In this document: positions 1 to 60,765 of the stretch, in pieces
Layout: each line of letters opens with the position of its first letter
Position numbering within the stretch: position 1 is the first letter of the stretch
Source of the DNA: Octopus vulgaris
Lineage: Eukaryota
Direction of reading: 5' to 3'
NCBI GenBank assembly: GCA_951406725.2
Contig: OX597815.1
Span: 40,796,001-40,860,000 of the forward strand
DNA: 64,000 nucleotides
Position numbers and translations under genes: made by a program
The notes under the pieces: model-generated
What the model saw: only the letters and a program-made list of their open reading frames with translations
Told to the model about the DNA's origin: nothing
Databases searched by the model: none

Positions 1-305
1 AGGAGAAGGGTTTGGAAGCTTAAAGATCCTGCGAATAGACAGAGATTTAGAGACATATTACTCAAAGTCTTTGATGAAATAGAAGCGGATATAGCTTCAC
101 ATGATGTAGAAGACAACTGGAGGTTTCTACGGGACAACCTGCTGAGGGCCACTGACCAGATCTATGGATGGTGCAAAGTCCCCTCTCAACCCAAAATAAC
201 ATGGTGGTGGAACAATGTTGTTGACAGGGCTATTAGAGAAAAGAAACAGGCTTGGAAGGACTGGAAGAATGGTGGTAGCAGGGAATTGTATCAGACTGCC
301 AGAAG
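1..305 (+). mobile_element. RTE-clade LINE fragment (endonuclease-RT linker)
   Basis: Frame 1 reads RRRVWKLKDP...NWRFLRDNLLRATDQIYGWCKVP...TWWWNNVVDRAIREKKQAWKDWK; matches the minus-strand copy at about 27500-27720. Confidence 0.85.
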
Positions 306-1004
306 TCCTATTGATAATTATCAATAGGACTTTTTGAAATTGGCTAGAATGTAACGAAGTAAGTTGTCCTTTTATATGTTGCTGTCATTGTGTCTTGTTG
401 TGAAACATCCTGATGAGGGGAGTATCTGTCTCATTAAGAATGCAAAATTTATATTGGCCCGTCAAGGGAACATTTTCTTTGTGTATTAGTATGTCATGTT
501 AATGTTGTGTAATTCCAAATTTTCCACCGGACTCTGTGTAGTAACTCTCCTAACCCTGAGAGAGACTTGTATCATATATCTTATCGTGTGAACTATTAAT
601 TCAATAAGTCTTACATTATGTTGATGGTTTATATTTTGCCTGTGTATTTTAGCAAATTCACAAGCTAAACGTCTTTCCTTGCTCCCATTTACAAGGTGGC
701 ACAACTCTCCCAAGGTGGCTCAACTCTCCTAATCCTGCGAGAGACTTGTATCATTTGACAAATTTTTTAAAACTGAGTACTACTTTGAAATGTAATCACC
801 TTGAATATCATAACCCACACTGTATTATAACATAGTAGCTAAACTTCAAATGACAAGAAGTTCTCCACCCAACAATGCAGATTTTGAGAAATATGGCCCA
901 TTATAAAAAAAATAGCTCAACTCACCTGGATCTCCCCTATAGATATTTATGTGTATGTGTGTGTGTGTATTAAACTGATAAAAGTTTGCAGTTTTATCTC
1001 TATA

Positions 1005-1398
1005 CTAGCAGTATCGCCCGGCGTTGCTCGGGTTGTAAGGGAAATAACTATATAAGCATTTTTAGAGAGTTATAGCAGAAAAATAGCAAAAAAATGCATT
1101 AAAAATTGAAAAAAATTAAGGTAAATTTTTTTTTAAATCGTTGACACATCGTAGATATTTTTAGAGAGTTACTTCCCTTATATAAAAGCGAAAAAAATGC
1201 ATTAAAATGGAAAAATATGATGGTAAATTTTTTAAAAATCGTAGACTCATCGTAGATGCGCGCTAATACCCAGAAGGGCTCGATATGAATCACGACTATA
1301 AGATACCCGCTTTTGGTTAAACTGCACCGCAAAATGTGGGAGTAGTTACGAATCTAAATCGTAGGAGACAGACACACAACTTCACTCTTATATAAAGA
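1005..1398 (-). mobile_element. Non-autonomous Helitron
   Basis: On the minus strand it begins A|TC and ends CTAG|T, with subterminal hairpin CCCGAGCAACGCCGGG; internal direct duplication. Confidence 0.8.
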
Positions 1399-1399
1399 T

Positions 1400-2173
1400 G
1401 CTTTTTTTTTCAGTCATAGAGTTAGATTTATGAAGGTCTTCAGTAGAAAATCCTTCAAATTCTGACTCGCTGCTTGATATAATGAAATTCGTATCCGTTT
1501 TTTGTCAGAATTACAAATTTTGAAAACACAATAGGAACAAATTTCGGAAAAAAATCTCCCATAATTCACGGAATTAAAATTACACTTCGATTTTTGTACA
1601 AAACTGTATTTGAAGTGTTTACGAAGTATAATACGTGTTTTCACGAATGTACTAAAGAGATTTACTCTGATATTCTCATTTAAATATGAATAGGTAAATT
1701 CGGGCGGTTTGGTAACGAAAGGGTTTATATAAGTGTCGTCTGTTTATACATAAACACTGTTTCATACTTTCAGTTTAGTCTTCCTCAAATCACTCTGTCA
1801 CTATTTACTCTCTTCCAAGAACATTTTCACTCACTCTTATCTGTTAGCTTGCCATACATTTTACTCATGTATCTATCAGCGTGATAGAAACAAATATTAC
1901 ATCTAGTTTCACTTTATCCGTTGCACACTGTGTGTGTGCATTTGCGTGTGTTGTAAACCAGACTAAGAAAAGCATTTGACATACACACCAGAATGTGAGT
2001 TTTCTGTAAATTTTGCTTAATTGGAGTTTAAATTTTAAAAACTGGACCTGGCAAAACCCGATGCATTCTACTCTTAAAAATGCTAGGTAAATTGTAATTG
2101 AAGAAATCCTATATTGTAGATTTCTATAACTGACAAAGGGAGGCAGATAAAATCTGCCTTTTATAATAAGAGA
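1400..2173 (-). mobile_element. Probable second Helitron-type element (5' part)
   Basis: Minus-strand start ATCTCTTATTATAAAAGGCAGATTTTATCTGCC (TC start plus short hairpin), abutting the other Helitrons; 3' end not identified. Confidence 0.5.
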
Positions 2174-2536
2174 TATATAAACAGCAAAATGTCTGTCTGT
2201 GTGTGTGCATGTCCTTTATACAAATCCACAATTTTTCAGTTAGAGGGCTCACACTTTCTATGGTCATTCAAAACCGTCCAAGGGTGGTTGTGCACATCTT
2301 TACATTTCTCCAGTCACCCCGCAAAGCCATTAAAAAATCAATAGAAGTGACTTTTTGTGAATTTTCTATCCAAAACCCAATCAAAATGCCCGAAATTTGA
2401 TATGCCAATTGAATGCCAGCTAGCTGTAGGTGATTGGTCGGAGTTTTGGACAGTACTTGCATGTATGTGCGCACGCACGCAGCTATATATGCATGCACTA
2501 GCACCATGACCTGGCATTGCCGGGTCATAATGCTAG
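2174..2536 (+). mobile_element. Non-autonomous Helitron
   Basis: 5' TATATAAA..GTCTGTCTGTGTG motif; 3' hairpin GACCTGGCATTGCCGGGTC then CTAG|T at 2533-2537. Confidence 0.72.
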
Positions 2537-2978
2537 TTTTGATTAAAATGCCAGTGTCCTTCAGAGCAAAATCTTTGAAGGCTGTTTGCATGCTTTACTA
2601 CCTCTGATTGTTTGTCACTAACTCCCACTCTGTTTGTCGTTTTACTTTTCTTTCCCCAAAGCATGACCAACAGGACACATTGTGATTTATTATGTGTAAG
2701 ACACACAGAGGCAATAAGCACTGAGAATACATTGGAAATGGTTGAGAGGACAGGCACCTGTGGTAGTCCCAAGCAGGAAATAGCTAATTCTGGGTGTGTT
2801 GTTCTCGGACACTACTTTGATGACCTGGCAGGTAGTTTGTTAGCCATCATTTTGAGTTGTTTTTTTTTGTGTAAGTATATAGCAGGAAAATAAACTTGAT
2901 GGCAGTAGAATAATGTGTATGGAAAGTTTATTTAGATGAGGGTGTCCTGTTGCTTTTGTGTTAAGTTCATATGAAGTA

Positions 2979-3541
2979 TTAGGTTGTCCGGAAAGTTCAT
3001 GCCAATTTTTAAAGGAAAGAAAAAGGTCAATAAATACTTACCATTACATTTTTAATCAACCAAATATGAACCATTTTGTTGCACAATGCATCTCCATCTT
3101 TCCTTTAACTTGAAAATACTCTCTTCCCAGAATTGAGGTGGTTTCATGGCAAAGAATTCATCAAGGTATCTTTTTACGTCATCCAAGGAATTGAAATTTT
3201 TACCATTAAGACTATTCTGCAGAGACCTGAATAAGTGGAAATCCGAAGGAGTAATATCTGGTGAATATGGAGGGTGGGGTAACACATCCCAGCCAAGCTG
3301 CAGCAATTTATGTCTGGTTCCCAAAGCATCAAGTGCCGAAAATGAACTTTATCTTCCATTTTAAAGGGTTACAGAATTAACACAGGTTATAGGAACATAA
3401 ACCTTCTTCCACGAAAAGATAGCTTAAACTGTGCTCTAAATGGAGGTGTAGTCAAATCCTATTTTATGGACTCAACCATGTTCTAAAATAAGTCGAAAGG
3501 TAAGCTACTATAAATCGGCACCAACTTTCCAGACAACCCAA
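2979..3541 (-). mobile_element. Internally deleted mariner transposon
   Basis: About 30-bp TIRs (TTAGGTTGTCCGGAAAGTT / AACTTTCCAGACAACCCAA) flanked by TA. N-terminus MEDKVHFRHLMLWE is fused to catalytic C-terminus WDVLPHPPYSPDITPSDFHLFRSLQ. Confidence 0.93.
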
Positions 3542-3544
3542 TAT

Positions 3545-3770
3545 ATTGGTCGGCTGTATTGATCTGAATTGGGTTGTAATTAAGAGAAGGAGATTCCAGG
3601 CTTACTAATGTCTTTCTAGAATTATTGTGTATAGTAGAGTGATAGGTCTGTATGATGAAATTTCATATAAGTTTTTGTTGAACTTTAGAATTGCCATGAA
3701 TTTGAAGAGCTTTCAGATCACGGTAACATGACAGTATTGGTAGTAGTTCTAATTATTGGTAAGTGTATTA
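3545..3770 (-). mobile_element. Old LINE RT fragment
   Basis: Minus strand reads ILKFNKNLYEISSYRPITLL (YRPISLL motif). Confidence 0.55.
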
Positions 3771-3796
3771 ATTCCTTTAACCCTTGTGCAGTTTAG

Positions 3797-4103
3797 TAGT
3801 AGTTTGTTCCTTCTCGAGCCATGCCTGGCTCATAAGGGCCGTTTTCCAGGTTTCTTTGGCATATAGGTTCCCCACCTGGACGGGATGCTGGTCTGTCACA
3901 GGTGAGCTGCAAGATGCAGGAAGAAAGAGTGAGAGAAAGTTGTGGTGAAAGAGTCAGCAGAAGTTTGCCATTGCCTTCTGCTGGAGCCATGTGGAGCTTA
4001 GGTGTTTCGCTCATAAATACACACATCGCCCGGTCTGAGATTCAAAACCCATGATACTTCGACCACAAGTCAGTTGCTCTAACCACTAGGCCATGTGCCT
4101 CCA
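3797..4103 (-). mobile_element. tRNA-derived SINE with 14-bp TSD
   Basis: Box A TGGCCTAGTGG, degenerate box B, (ACT)n tail; TSD CTTGTGCAGTTTAG at 3783-3796 and 4104-4117. Confidence 0.88.
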
Positions 4104-4682
4104 CTTGTGCAGTTTAGATGCCTGTTTATAATTTTATCTAGTTTTGAAGCTTTAAAATTTTTTGATTGATTTATTATTTTCCCATTTTGTTTATCTGATG
4201 GAAGGAAGGGGCCAAAATCATGCATTGGTGTATATTTTTGGCTTTGTGTTCCTGTTTACTTTGTGAGATTTTTGCTGATTTTGCTGGTAGCTGATTTTCA
4301 AGATATGTCTGATAAAGGTGTTGCTATGTGTTGAGGTTGTTATTGTAAGGTGGCTTGGGTGTACTTGTTACTGCTGTTGTTGATGCTGTCAATTGTATAT
4401 AACATTTTAGTGTTTATTTAATGACTTATTGTTGATTCAAATGTTTCACAGTTTTGCAAACCTCCATTCCAGTACTCTATCTGTCACAACTGCAGCCAAA
4501 TTTCCCCAATTGTCTTAGAAATGGATAAATATAATGGGTAACACTTATTCTCATTGTTGCCTTGTAGAACTTGGCAGCAAACCCATTCAATGTATATTAG
4601 AGATCACCTTCTGATGAGCCAATACCCATGTTAAAAAGTTTGCAACTTAGTATTATTTACCAAAATACAAATATCTAGACAT

Positions 4683-4916
4683 AAAAGCGGCAAGCTAGCA
4701 GAAACATTAGAACACTAGGTGAAATGCTTAGCAGTATTTCGTCTGCCGTTACGTTCTGAGTTCAAATTCCGCTGAAGTTGACTTTGCCTTTCATCCTTTC
4801 GTGGTCGATAAATTAAGTACCAGTTACGTACTGGGGTTGATGTAATTGACTTAATCCATTTGTCTGCTCTTGTTTGTCTCCTCTGTGTTTAGCCCATTGT
4901 GGGCAATAAAGAAATA
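4683..4916 (+). mobile_element. tRNA-derived SINE with 16-bp TSD
   Basis: Box B GAGTTCAAATTCC, body GACTTTGCCTTTCATCCTTTC..GTCGATAAATTAAGTACCAG; TSD ACAAATATCTAGACAT at 4667-4682 and 4917-4932. Related minus fragment at about 9560-9750. Confidence 0.88.
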
Positions 4917-5014
4917 ACAAATATCTAGACATTCATGTGGTGACTCCAAGGCAACCAGAAGTTGCTTGTTACTCTAAAACTCCTGCAAAATCCTCCACAG
5001 CATGTCCCATAGCA

Positions 5015-5305
5015 CACTACTTCATATTGAGAGGTCACAGCTCTAGTAGTATGGATATGTGATTAAAATGTCACAGGATAAGATTGTAAGACAGGTTCTT
5101 CAAGTCTAGCCAACTGGCAGGAGACCTAGGGGTAGATCAAGAATGAGATAATTGGATAATATTCAGAGATGCAGTTGGTCATGCTTGGGAATCCAGCTGG
5201 AAAGTGTAATGATGATTATTTCAGGTACAGCCTTATGGAGCAGGGATCTGGGGACTCTATCTCCATGACCCACCAGGAATAGGTGGCAGAGAAAATGGAT
5301 GAATG
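5015..5305 (+). mobile_element. RTE LINE 3' end, degenerate
   Basis: HIERSQL**YGYVIKM...TGRRPRGRSRMR, the RTE C-terminal motif. Confidence 0.7.
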
Positions 5306-5979
5306 AATATAATGGGTAAAACAAGCTTGAATATATTTCTGAAAAAAATATCAGATATTCTTATCAATTATCTCCATCAGGTATCAACACAATAAAAAGG
5401 GAGAACAGAAACAATGACTCTGCATAAATCAACCACTGAAACTTCTAAAAATTGTTTTCCAAAATACTTACACAAATATAATGAAGTAACACTAATGATA
5501 AAAACTCCCAATAAATGCATATTTCAGAAACAACTCAATACCTTGCAGTATGCGTTTAATTTGTTCTATAACCAAGCTTGTCTTATAATTTACTCGTTTT
5601 ACAAATTAATTTTCCCCATTGAGATTGACTAAAATATAATTAATCCGTTCCAGCCCATCAAAACCACTCAAAAGTAATTTTTTATGGGTTTTAAAACAGA
5701 AAAGGTGTAGTCACAAGTAAAATGACAATTATAAAAATGAGAATGCAAAAGAAATACGTAAACTGGTTTTATTAACTGAATTACTTTAAAGATGGGATGA
5801 TTTGTGTGCTCGTACTGTGGATTTCTGCTTGTACTTCGAGATAAAAATTCACACAAGCCTCAGCTCATACAGTAAATTACTCATACAGTGGTGCACTTAT
5901 ACTGCGAGGTTCTACTGCACCTTTATCATCTCCCTTTCCAACATCAGTGACTTGCATAATGAATTTAAATTTGTCACAT

Positions 5980-6950
5980 TTGAAGGTTGGCTGAAAAGTT
6001 CATAGGCTGACCAAGATACTCTCATGGAATAATGACCAATATAGTTTCCCTTGCAATTCACATAGATCCTCCATTGGTGTTGCAGTGCTCAGATCCCACT
6101 GGTGAAGAAGCTGACCATCCTGTTGGTCAAAAAAGTCATCAACAGCAGATATAATGTCATTATCACTGCAATACTAGTTCCCAGCCAAATGCTCTTTCAT
6201 GTTGGAGAACAGACAATAGTCAGATGAGGCCAAATAAAAAAAAAACTGGGAGGGTTCAGTTCAAAACCACAGCCATGCACAGAAGCTTTTGAAAGCAAGG
6301 ACTTTTGTGCAGGAGCACTGTCCTGATAAAACAAAACTGGGTGCTTGGTCTTGATAACCATTCATAACTGTCTCAGCAAGTTGGCATAGTATTCTCCATT
6401 GATGGTATAACCTTTTTTGAAGACAATCGATAAATACAATGCTTTTTGCCTTAAAAAAACTGAGGTCATCACTTTTCTTGCAGATAAAATTACTTTGGCC
6501 TTCTTTGGTGCAGGAGAAGAAGGGTGTCAGAAAATGTGGCACCCACCAAGCAGAAACCTTCATCATACCAAGTTCATTGTGCTGAATATTCTCAAAACTC
6601 TCATGGGATAAACTAATGACATTAGCTATTTGATTTATAGTCAATCACCTGTCAGCTATCAGCATGTGGTGAACACAATCAATGTTTTCCTCATTTGTGG
6701 CATTTGCAGGATGTCCGGCCCTTGGGTCATTTTCAAGACTCCCTTCCTTTTCTAAATTCAACTGCCCACTTTTGCACTGTTGATAAAACTGGAGCATCAT
6801 CCCCTAATGTAGCAAGCATATCAGCATGAATGTTGTTGCTGTGTGTGGGGGTTAAACTCTTTTCTGTATGTACTTCATAACATGACGATACCAAATTTTG
6901 TCCATTTTCAAGAGAAGTCTCTACTAGTTATTTTTGAAGTCTTTTTTGAA
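5980..6950 (-). mobile_element. Degenerate mariner transposon
   Basis: TINQIANVISLSH..IQHNELGMMKVSAWWVPHFLT (HTH + WVP motif) and LASSDYCLF; frameshifted. Confidence 0.8.
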
Positions 6951-6964
6951 TAGTCAGATATCAC

Positions 6965-7095
6965 ATACCCTATCAACTCTGGCATGTTTCAAGATTCAGT
7001 TTTATCCCAACTCTCTTACTTTAATACATTAATGATCTACTTATTATCACATCTAACAACACACACTATTATGTAAATGACACTGCCCTTCATTC
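6965..7095 (+). mobile_element. LINE RT fragment (CR1/Jockey-like)
   Basis: Degenerate GMFQDSVLS...YINDL...YVNDTAL, equivalent to GVPQGSVLSP..YINDL..FADDT. Confidence 0.5.
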
Positions 7096-7987
7096 TCCTC
7101 TAACTATGCAGTTGTTGTACATGACTAATTGTTGCCAGTGTTGTTGCTGTTGTTATGATAAAGAACACAGAAAACTGTAAGAGATTTTTGATAGAAAAAT
7201 ATTTTTATCATAAACAAAATGTTGTTACTGTGAACAACGACATTGATGGGAGTTTATTGTTCTTGGAGAAGGTATTATAACAGTTGCTGTCATGATGTTA
7301 ACTGAAGACACTGTTGCCATCTGCCTATTGCTTTGTGTTTTTGCCATCTGTCTGTTGTTTAGCTGGCCAGCTACTTGTTCTGCTTAATGGCTACCAATTG
7401 CCATTTGTCAATAATGCCCATTCACAGTGAATTGAGCAAAATGATGGGAATAGTGCAGGAATTGCAGGTGTGAATGATATAAAGGAGCATGAATTGGAAA
7501 AGGTAACAGCTGATGTTTTTTGTGCTCATCTTCAGTTGTACTGGTAACAGGTAAGTCATCAATATATGCATAGACACAAGGTAAACCTCAGACTACAATA
7601 TCGATGGAATGCTGGAAAGTGGAGGAAACATAGTATAAACCAAATGGCATTTCGTGAAATTTGAAAATCCTGAAGAGAGTAGTGATAGCCATTTTAAGAA
7701 TATCCTCTGGTTTGATGAGTATTTGATTGCATGCCCAAATGAGATCAATTTTTGAAAACACTCAAGATCCAATTTTTGAAAATACTCATGAGTGGAAGAA
7801 AAGTTCTGAAAATGAAGTACAGGGTATCTATCAGGCTTTGCATGTGCATTAAGAAGGCATTAGCCACTATAGGGCTGCCAGTCACCTGAAGATTATTTTT
7901 GGACAATATGAAAGGGGTAACCAGTCTACTTATGCATGCCTTTTCTTCATTGGACACTAAACTCTGCTTGTGAAGATCAGTTGAGGC

Positions 7988-8463
7988 AAGTGAAATCGAT
8001 GTTGAAATCAAACTCGGTGACTGGCATCCGTTGCTAGTGGAGTGCTAAGATTACCATACGAGTGAGATCGTTGCCTGAGCAACAAACTGGCCTTCATGCC
8101 GGTGGCACGTTAAGCACACCATTCGAGCGTGATTGTTACTGCGTCGCCTTACTAGCACTTGAGCTGGTGGCATGTGAAACATTTGAGTGAGGACATCGCC
8201 AGTGCCACTGGACTGGCTCCTGTGCAGGTGGCACGTAAAAAGCACCATTTGGACATAGCTGTTGCCAGTATCACCAAACTGGCCCTCGTGCAGGTGACAT
8301 GTAATAGCACCAACTACACTTTCGGAGTGGTTGGTGTTAGGAAGGGCAGCCAGCTGTAGAAACTCTGCCAAATCAGATTGGAGTCTGGTTCGCCAGACCT
8401 CAGTCAAATCGTCTAACCCATGCTAGCATGGAAAGCGGACATTAAATGATGATGATGATGATG
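7988..8463 (+). mobile_element. RTE 3'UTR-derived repeat with (GAT)n tail
   Basis: GGTGGCACGTAAAAAGCACC subrepeats and a ...CATGGAAAGCGGACATTAAATGATGATG end, shared with the RTE at 11141. Other copies at about 20420-20560(-), 21236-21484(+), 22560-22760(-), 33560-33730(+), 38218-38562(+), 39825-39887(+), 58597-58680(-). Confidence 0.8.
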
Positions 8464-9225
8464 AAGAGGTGAAGAACAATTGCTACTGCATGAATGAACT
8501 ATGCCCAGTTCCAGCATGTGCTCAAGCTTAGCCTTCACAATCTGAGCATGATCAGGAGTAAGTTAAGACACTTGCCTGAGATCAAGATCCAGAGTAATCA
8601 ATCTTTCTCTGAAGGTCACAATCAGAAAATGGTTAACAACCTGGAGAAAAATTGGTTTACGTTTCTTGTTACCTGGTACTTGAGTAGGTGGCAGGATACT
8701 AACTTCTATCCCAATGTCCACAAAAAATGGATACCAGTGTGGTTACTGATTTGGAAAAGGTGACTGGGTGTAGGGGGAAAAAGCAGGTACTGCCACTGCT
8801 ACTAGCTCCTGGCTGCATCGTTTCCTGAAAGTGAAACTGGAAATGAACAGGGTTGAAAGCATTTATGAGCTTTATGGCTGAATGTATGGTGGTAACAACA
8901 CATGAAAATTCCCCTGAGTGGCACTTAGATCATGTGAGTGTCAGGATTCTAAACTCCACAAACAGCTTGTGTTGTCACAGCACTCTGGCCAACTGATTGC
9001 TGGTTTGGCTTCCTGTCTGCTATCTTCTGTGTCCAGTCTGTCGTATAGAGATGGTCTTGGTCAGAAAAACCATGCTGAAGATAAAACGGTTGTTAGATCC
9101 AGTTTCACACGAAATCTTGAATGGACAGATTTTTCTTGATGACAGTCATCCACATGCAGTTGCTAAACAGTCTTGCTCCACTGCCATCACCTTCAATGTT
9201 TTTGTTACCATTGTCAAAAATTGAC

Positions 9226-56934
<47,709 letters not shown>

Positions 56935-57069
56935 TACTTTCTTTCAGTATTATTGATATTTATTTGTATTCAGTGACTGAAATGACAAAAATATAATAAT
57001 ATATTTGAAATTTTTTTCAGAATGAAGTTGTATAAATTTTGTATTGGGCCTTTATGGACCTAGAGAAGG

Positions 57070-57950
57070 CATATGACCATGTGGGATGCAATATGGCAGG
57101 CGTTGCAGTTGTATGGAGTAGATGGTAGATTGTTGAGAGTGGTACATAGTTTTTATAGAGAAAGTAGAGTGTGTGTTAGGGTGGGTGGTGAAGTGAGTGA
57201 GTGGTTTGATGTGAAGGTGTGGTTAAGACAGTGTTGTGTGATGTCTCCATGGCTGTATATGTTAGAGGAGGTGATTGTTTTTAAGTATCTGGGAGCCCAT
57301 GTGATGGTGGATGGGGGTTGGCTGATGAAGAAGGATATAGAGTGAGAGAGGGGAGTAAGATAGTCGGAGTTGTGAAAGGTATGCTGAGAGATAAAAGGTT
57401 AAGTATGAAAGTGAAAAGAGGTGTGTATGATTGTGACAACACTGTTATATGGTGCAGAGACGTTGGGGTTGAGACAGGTGGAAAGGAGGTGACTAGATGT
57501 GTTTAAAATGAGATGTTTGAGGGCTATGGTTGGTGTGACATGGATGGACAGGATGAGGAATGAGAAGGCGCAAAGGCAAGCAGGAATGAAAGAAAAACTA
57601 ACAACCAAAATGGATACATGAATGTTGAGGTGGTTTGGCCACATGGAAAGGATGGATGAGGAGTGGATGGTAAGGACGATGATGAAGGCAGAAGTAGTAA
57701 GCAGCAGAACCAGAGGCAGACCTTGGTTTGTGTGAATAGATGGAGTGAGTAAAGCTTTGGTGGTTAGAGGTGTTGGAGTGAGAGAAGCAAGAGAGCTTAT
57801 AAATGATAGGAAAGCTTGGAGAGTGTTTGTGGACGGATGAGTGAATTTGATGTTGCTCAAAGGGGTAAACCATCATATGTTGTCGGGCCCTGCTGCTGAT
57901 ATTAGTGGTTGCGTCCTATGACTTGCCCTGAGCATAGGATGGGGCTTGCC
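57070..57950 (+). mobile_element. RTE LINE of a different family, internally deleted
   Basis: WQALQLYGVDGRLL..FDVKVWLRQCCVMSPWL joined directly to LEEVIVFKYLG (YADD region lost); LRWFGHMERM..RGRP. Confidence 0.85.
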
Positions 57951-58117
57951 TCATTGAGCTGGGAAATGAATGGAATGCCTGGTGTGTGTCTTGTTGTGAC
58001 CACCTGCTCCTAAAAAGATTGGGGAATAGACCTGGGTATATATATATATATATACATACATACATATATATATATGAATAAAAAATGGAGTTAACGCAGG
58101 TTTAAACAAGTATTTTT

Positions 58118-58203
58118 ACTTTCTACACATGTTTCGAAAATTCCACTGATACTATTCAAAAGAATAAATGGTATAAACAATGCAATCTTCTCTTCGGGAA
58201 AGT
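58118..58203 (-). ncRNA. Type I minimal hammerhead ribozyme motif (U4C core variant)
   Basis: ACTTTC-CCGAAGA-GAAGATTgCA..TGgAATTTTC-GAAA-CATGTG-TA-GAAAGT. Confidence 0.7.
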
Positions 58204-58889
58204 GAAAAAAACGAAACTCGTCAATACATCTTTACTTGTGAGATTTTTGCTGCCCTGGTAACTATTTATTTATTTTTCCGTGTTAATTGTTAACAAGGTA
58301 AAAATACACTCATCTATTTATATATATATATATATATATATTTATAAACTACAAAGTAAAAAGAGATGTATGAATAATATTTATAAATAACAATTTATAA
58401 GTCTAATCAAAGCTCATGTGATTGAATAGTTTTACTTTATTTTCTGTTGTCATCTTGGTTAGTTTAACCTCCATTGCATCATGCTGATACAAGCTGGTAA
58501 ACAGAACAGCTTATCCATAATATGATTGTTTACAACAGTTGCAACTGATGACACATTATTGAAGCCAATATTGTTTTTCTTGTTTTTGCTTATTACATCA
58601 TCACTTAACATTTGTTTTCCATGCTGGCATGGGTTGGGCAGTGTGATGGGATTTGGCCACCTAGAGGACTGCTCCAAGATCTATTATCCACACACATGTA
58701 TGTAAATATCATCACATGTATGTATATATATATATATAATTAAGATTAAGTTGAATTAGGTATTTAAGTTGAAGCACCGAGTCAGTCTGGTATTATCTGC
58801 ACAGCTTTGCTATATATATATATAAAGAAAACAGAAAATGAAGAAATATTGAACAACAACTGACTTACATCAACTATTATTTATTCAGG

Positions 58890-60600
58890 AGTTCTACACA
58901 ACATAGTTGGCATCCTGCTCTATTGTTTAAATAAGGTGCAGCTGATCTTGAAATTCAAGGAGAAACACAATCTTATTAACAAAAGGTCAGAGTTCAAACC
59001 ATCCTGTATACACAAACTTATTAATACTTTCAAATACTACAAAGCTTAGGCTATTATACCAGCTCCCCCATGCAATTTCCTCCCACCCGGTGCAACCTGT
59101 CGGCTCCAGCGCATCCCGTTTTCCTATATATATATTTTCCTATATATACACATTTTGTCTCCCATATATGTTTTTTCTTCTCCTACACCTACATTCTTCC
59201 TATCTAGATTTTTTGTTTCCCTATATCTATACCTTTTCCCATTTCTAACTCTGATGTTGAGCGCACACCACCAAACCCCGCTTCCCACCCTTCCAATTTT
59301 CAGTTCCCCACGCCCGCCCCTACGTGGTCACCTTTAGCACACACCTTTAACTTTACACTCCAACCACCTTTTATTTTTACCTTCATCTCATGTTAAGCTT
59401 TACCCGATTATATTTTTATTTTATTTTATCCTATTTTATTTTGCTTTACCTTTATTCTTATTTTTATTTTCATTCTTTATTTTAAATTTTATAGTTTTTA
59501 TAATTTTATTTTCATTCTTTATTTTAATTTTTATAGTTTTTATAATTTTTATACTTCATTTCTAATTTTTATACATCTTTTAATATCTTATTTCTATACC
59601 TGTATGTGTGGGCATCTGTGTATGTGTATGTAAGGGTATGCGCACACGCACGTATAGACGTATACACGCACGTATAGACACACAGATGTGTGTGTGCATG
59701 CTTGTGGCTGGGTATGCGTGCATATATGTGCACGTGTATATGGGTGTATGTATCCATACGGGTACGTATGTACAAGATGACCACTTAATACGTTATGAAG
59801 AACTAGAGGAACTAGATAAGCTGCTCAACAACTCTGATTTACAATACACTAAGTCCCCAGATGCCCCTGTTGATTTATGACACCCAAGACTTCTACAACC
59901 AGAATTTGTCATTTCCCTGACCACCATGTTTGGTCCGTAACTACTATATATCCCTTATCCTTATATTCTTTTACATTTTTTATTATTTTTATTTCTTTTT
60001 TTATTATTTTTATTTCTATTTTTATTTTTATAACTTTATACCTTTATATTCATTTATATTTTTTTAATATTTTTTATATCTCTTTATATCTTTATACTCT
60101 ACATTTTTATATTTTTCTATACTTACACTTTTTATATATTTTTTATCCTTCGTCCTGAATTCTCGCCCCTCCATCTTTATCTCTATTTACTCTTATTACC
60201 AGGTTCCTTCACATCTGTCTGCATTTATATATTTATATATGTATATATTTATTTATTAGTTTATTTACATTACTTCAACATCCAAATTTCCTCATTCTAC
60301 ATTGAGAGAAGAACGAGATGGACGCTTCATTTTTATGCTGTTGCCGCATTATGTCGTACGCGAATGAGAGGATTTGCATCCCCAACCAAGAATTTTTGAT
60401 GTAATACATGTCCTTGTGGAAGTTGTTGTGCGCGGCTGAAGAAGGCCACAGACATACATTATGCATTGTTATAAATCCGTCTAATAAAGGCCCGAAACAT
60501 ATGTACCGCTGAATCCTTGGCATCATGTTTTTATTTTGATTAATTTTATTTTGATTAATTTACTCCACCACCTACACCACCAAACGGTATATACAGGTGC
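58890..60600 (+). mobile_element. Penelope-like element 3' remnant
   Basis: CS/CLNKVQLILKFKEKHNLINKRSEFKPSCIHK (58916-59049, one frameshift) matches the PLE C..CL.E...I....LNKRSE...C.H motif; followed by low-complexity tract and HHR at 60432. Confidence 0.68.
60432..60509 (+). ncRNA. Type I minimal hammerhead ribozyme motif
   Basis: GCGG-CTGAAGA-aGGCC-(41-nt loop)-GGCCc-GAAA-CATATG-TA-CCGC; GUA site at 60503-60505. Confidence 0.78.
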
Positions 60601-60727
60601 TTACAATTATCAAGTACTCACCCCGAATATCTGTATATATGTATGGATGTATATATATATATATATATATATATGAAAAAACAAGTCAAAAATAGAAAAT
60701 GCTAAGATAATTTTATAGTGAATCTTT

Positions 60728-60765
60728 CAGTACCGGTTTCGGTCATTTTGAGACCTTTTCAACTG
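60728..60765 (-). ncRNA. Mirror copy of the 61091 minimal hammerhead
   Basis: Exact reverse complement in the left palindrome arm. Confidence 0.72.

Noticed and set aside
405-480. CTGATGAG possible hammerhead core
   Set aside because: No downstream stem II-GAAA-UH arrangement or closing stem I found.
306-760. Possible GIY-YIG remnant and a roughly 32-bp direct repeat (543/722)
   Set aside because: Too degenerate to assign by eye.
4605-4665. CTGATGAG possible hammerhead core
   Set aside because: No GAAA or stem partner before the SINE insertion.
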